DNA from: a virus
Lineage: Duplodnaviria; Caudoviricetes
IMG/VR virus record: IMGVR_UViG_3300012987_000017
Location: 1 to 27,533 of that record
Direction: 5' to 3' (one strand)
Length of the DNA: 27,533 bases
Positions 25,663 through 27,533 of this stretch are shown here, in pieces. The notes under the pieces are model-generated. The model saw nothing but the letters and a program-made list of their open reading frames with translations. It was not told the DNA's origin and did no database searches. Made by a program: the position numbers and the translations under genes. Numbering within the stretch: position 1 is the stretch's first letter; the number at the start of each line of letters is the position of its first letter.

Positions 25663-25775
25663 GCCGCCGCGACCTCACCTTCTGCCTCTTCGCGCTGTTT
25701 CTTGTCTTCCTGTTCCAGGGAGACCCGAACGTGCGGGATCTGCTGCGCGCAGCAGTAATGCGCCACCTGGAATAG
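25659..25775 (+). CDS. 38-aa membrane peptide
   Basis: MSRRDLTFCLFALFLVFLFQGDPNVRDLLRAAVMRHLE*; ATGA overlap and GGAG RBS. Confidence 0.65.
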   Translation: MSRRDLTFCLFALFLVFLFQGDPNVRDLLRAAVMRHLE

Positions 25776-25800
25776 AAAAGGGCCCCTCGGGGCCCTTTCT
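25776..25800. terminator. Bidirectional terminator between converging operons
   Basis: AAAAGGGCCC-CTCG-GGGCCCTTTCT. Confidence 0.8.
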
Positions 25801-26060
25801 CACATCTGGCTGACTGCGTAATCCGCCGCCGCGTCGACCTCTTCCGGTGTCGGGTGCTCCGGATCTTTCGGCTCCTGCGAGGCCATCAGCTCGAAGAACT
25901 TCGGGTCGAGCGCCACGAAGGCGCGGCGTTGCGCACGCCAGCGGCGCGCGTCGGCCTCCAGGGCGTCGAGCTGGGCGCGGACTTCCTCGCGGTCTCCGTG
26001 ACATGCGGCGGCGGCACCGATGATCAGCTCGCGGAATCGGGCGTTGGTGAGAGAGGGCAT
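25800..26060 (-). CDS. Hypothetical protein (86 aa)
   Basis: Starts 3 nt after the primase/helicase stop and ends at the terminator. Confidence 0.7.
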   Translation of the reverse strand: MPSLTNARFRELIIGAAAACHGDREEVRAQLDALEADARRWRAQRRAFVALDPKFFELMASQEPKDPEHPTPEEVDAAADYAVSQM

Positions 26061-26063
26061 GGC

Positions 26064-27533
26064 TCAGGCTTTCATGGTCGTGGGGTTGATGACTTGAGCG
26101 GCGGCGTAGGCCCGTGCGATCTCGGCCGCGCCGCGCATGTGGAGCTGCGGGTGGTTGGCGATGACGTAGAGCTGAGGCTTCTTCCCGTCGGGCTGCACGG
26201 GGTTGTTGGTGCGGCCATCGGGCAGGCCCGGGTGCAACACGTAGCCCATGGCCTGCAGCATCTCGCGGCGCTTGTTGAGCGGCATCTTCGCGCCCACGCG
26301 CAGGGTGTCGGTCAGGAAGCGGTCGAGCATGACGGAGCTGATCCAGCCCCCCATAAAGCCCGGCGTCTCCTGGGCCACCAGCTCGGCAATCTGCTGCTCC
26401 ACGCCGCCCCGGCTCTCGACGATTGCCGCGTCTGTGGTCGACGTGTGGGGGGCACGATGCGCCACGCCAGTCGGGTCGAACTCGGGGTGAATGGGGTAGG
26501 TGTGCAGCAGCTCGTTGACGATGGCATGCCCGTTCTGGTGCTTGAGCCAGTGGAAGAGGCGGGGGAAGTAGTCGCCCGTCATGCCGTCGCGAGCGATGTC
26601 GGCGAAGGTCTGCTGCGCGGTGTAGAAGAGGCACAGCCGGCGCGCGTTGTCCGGCGTCTTGCGCACCGCCGCCTTGTAGTTCGTGTTGAGCATCAGGTTG
26701 ACGCAGACTTCCATGCTGAACTGATCGACGCCCTTCTTCTCGATGCCGATCCCTGAGCCGCCCGCGATGATCTCCTTCAGCGCTTCGATCACCTCGGCCG
26801 CGTGCTCCTGGACGTACATCTCTTCGACCGCGAGAAACAGCTTGTTCGCGAGGAACCCGTTGAAGTTGGTTGTCAGCTTGTTGGCCTTGATCCAGTGCGT
26901 GTAGTGCTGACTGACGGCCTCGGCGACCACGCGGGACATGAGCGTCTTACCGTTGCCCTCCGCGCCTTGCAGCACCGGGGCCCATTGGAACTTGACGCCC
27001 TTGTGCTGCACGCACGCCGCCATGTAGCTCAACAGGATGGTTTGATCGCGCTCGTCGGGCAGGATCTTGCGGAGGTGCGTCAGGAACGGCGTGGGGTCGC
27101 CCGTGGTGCGCGGCACGTCGGCGGGCCACCACGTATTGGCGAGCGAGCGGCCCCCGACCTTCACCAGCGCGCCGGGCGGCAAGTCGGGCTTGAAGCACGT
27201 GGAATCCGCGATGGGCGCGCGCAGCACCTGGGACTGCGTGAAGGCCTCCCACGCGTCGCGCGTCGTGCGCTCGTTGACGGTGTCGAGGGCGAACGTGTAG
27301 CCGCCGAAGATGACCCGGAATTGCTCGGACTTGATGAGCTGCCCGCCCGGCACCAGAACGCGGTGCTGGTCGGTGACGTAGCTGCAGCCCGTGAAGAGGC
27401 CGCGCTGCCCGTCAGCCGCAAGGAACGTGTTCCCGGTGACCACGGTCTGCGCAGGGGCGTCTGCGGCGGCCTGCGGCGTGCTGGGGGGCTCGGGCAACTT
27501 GTCGGTCAGCACGTCGCCCGGAGCGGCGAGGAT
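26064..27533 (-). CDS. Primase-associated SF3-type helicase (D5/DUF5906-like), C-terminal part; start lies beyond the window
   Basis: Walker A GAEGNGKT, Walker B LAVEE, IEKKGVDQF...NLMLNTNY...RR. The frame is open to the window end. Confidence 0.85.
   Translation of the reverse strand: MLAAPGDVLTDKLPEPPSTPQAAADAPAQTVVTGNTFLAADGQRGLFTGCSYVTDQHRVLVPGGQLIKSEQFRVIFGGYTFALDTVNERTTRDAWEAFTQSQVLRAPIADSTCFKPDLPPGALVKVGGRSLANTWWPADVPRTTGDPTPFLTHLRKILPDERDQTILLSYMAACVQHKGVKFQWAPVLQGAEGNGKTLMSRVVAEAVSQHYTHWIKANKLTTNFNGFLANKLFLAVEEMYVQEHAAEVIEALKEIIAGGSGIGIEKKGVDQFSMEVCVNLMLNTNYKAAVRKTPDNARRLCLFYTAQQTFADIARDGMTGDYFPRLFHWLKHQNGHAIVNELLHTYPIHPEFDPTGVAHRAPHTSTTDAAIVESRGGVEQQIAELVAQETPGFMGGWISSVMLDRFLTDTLRVGAKMPLNKRREMLQAMGYVLHPGLPDGRTNNPVQPDGKKPQLYVIANHPQLHMRGAAEIARAYAAAQVINPTTMKA

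Noticed and set aside
24945-25775. Holin or spanin calls for the two membrane proteins
   Set aside because: They lie in an early operon with no adjacent endolysin, lipobox or nested spanin arrangement.
25675-26756. ORFs 25675-26634 (-) and 25854-26756 (+)
   Set aside because: They are alternate-frame or antisense overlaps of the helicase and the 86-aa gene, and the first crosses the bidirectional terminator.

Overview
This is a GC-rich segment of a tailed dsDNA phage with a contractile tail; its gene order resembles Bcep781/OP2-type myophages. From ~18.8 kb leftward, the minus strand carries a complete morphogenesis operon: TerS, TerL, portal, MuF, two inserted genes, a NUDIX-protease-scaffold fusion, a decoration protein, major capsid, neck genes, sheath, tube, a G/GT chaperone with a -1 frameshift, tape measure and baseplate genes (truncated at base 1). 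An AT-rich divergent control region (18799-19077) contains an IHF consensus site and tandem palindromes. The plus strand from 19.1 to 25.8 kb is an early/accessory region with a lone ParB-like gene and about 20 small unknown ORFs. Three of its sigma70-type promoters share a palindromic operator-like box over the -10. The most unusual feature is a 33-bp direct repeat (4 near-identical copies plus 1 degenerate) at micro-gene junctions. Each copy encodes the upstream gene's terminal Ala-Ala and stop and the downstream gene's RBS, suggesting a cassette-like array with a built-in candidate ClpXP degron. A hairpin with an anti-Shine-Dalgarno-like loop followed by a terminator closes the first array unit. 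A converging primase/helicase runs off the right end. I saw no integrase, lysis genes, tRNA or CRISPR array. All family calls come from recalled motifs and synteny, not from database searches.
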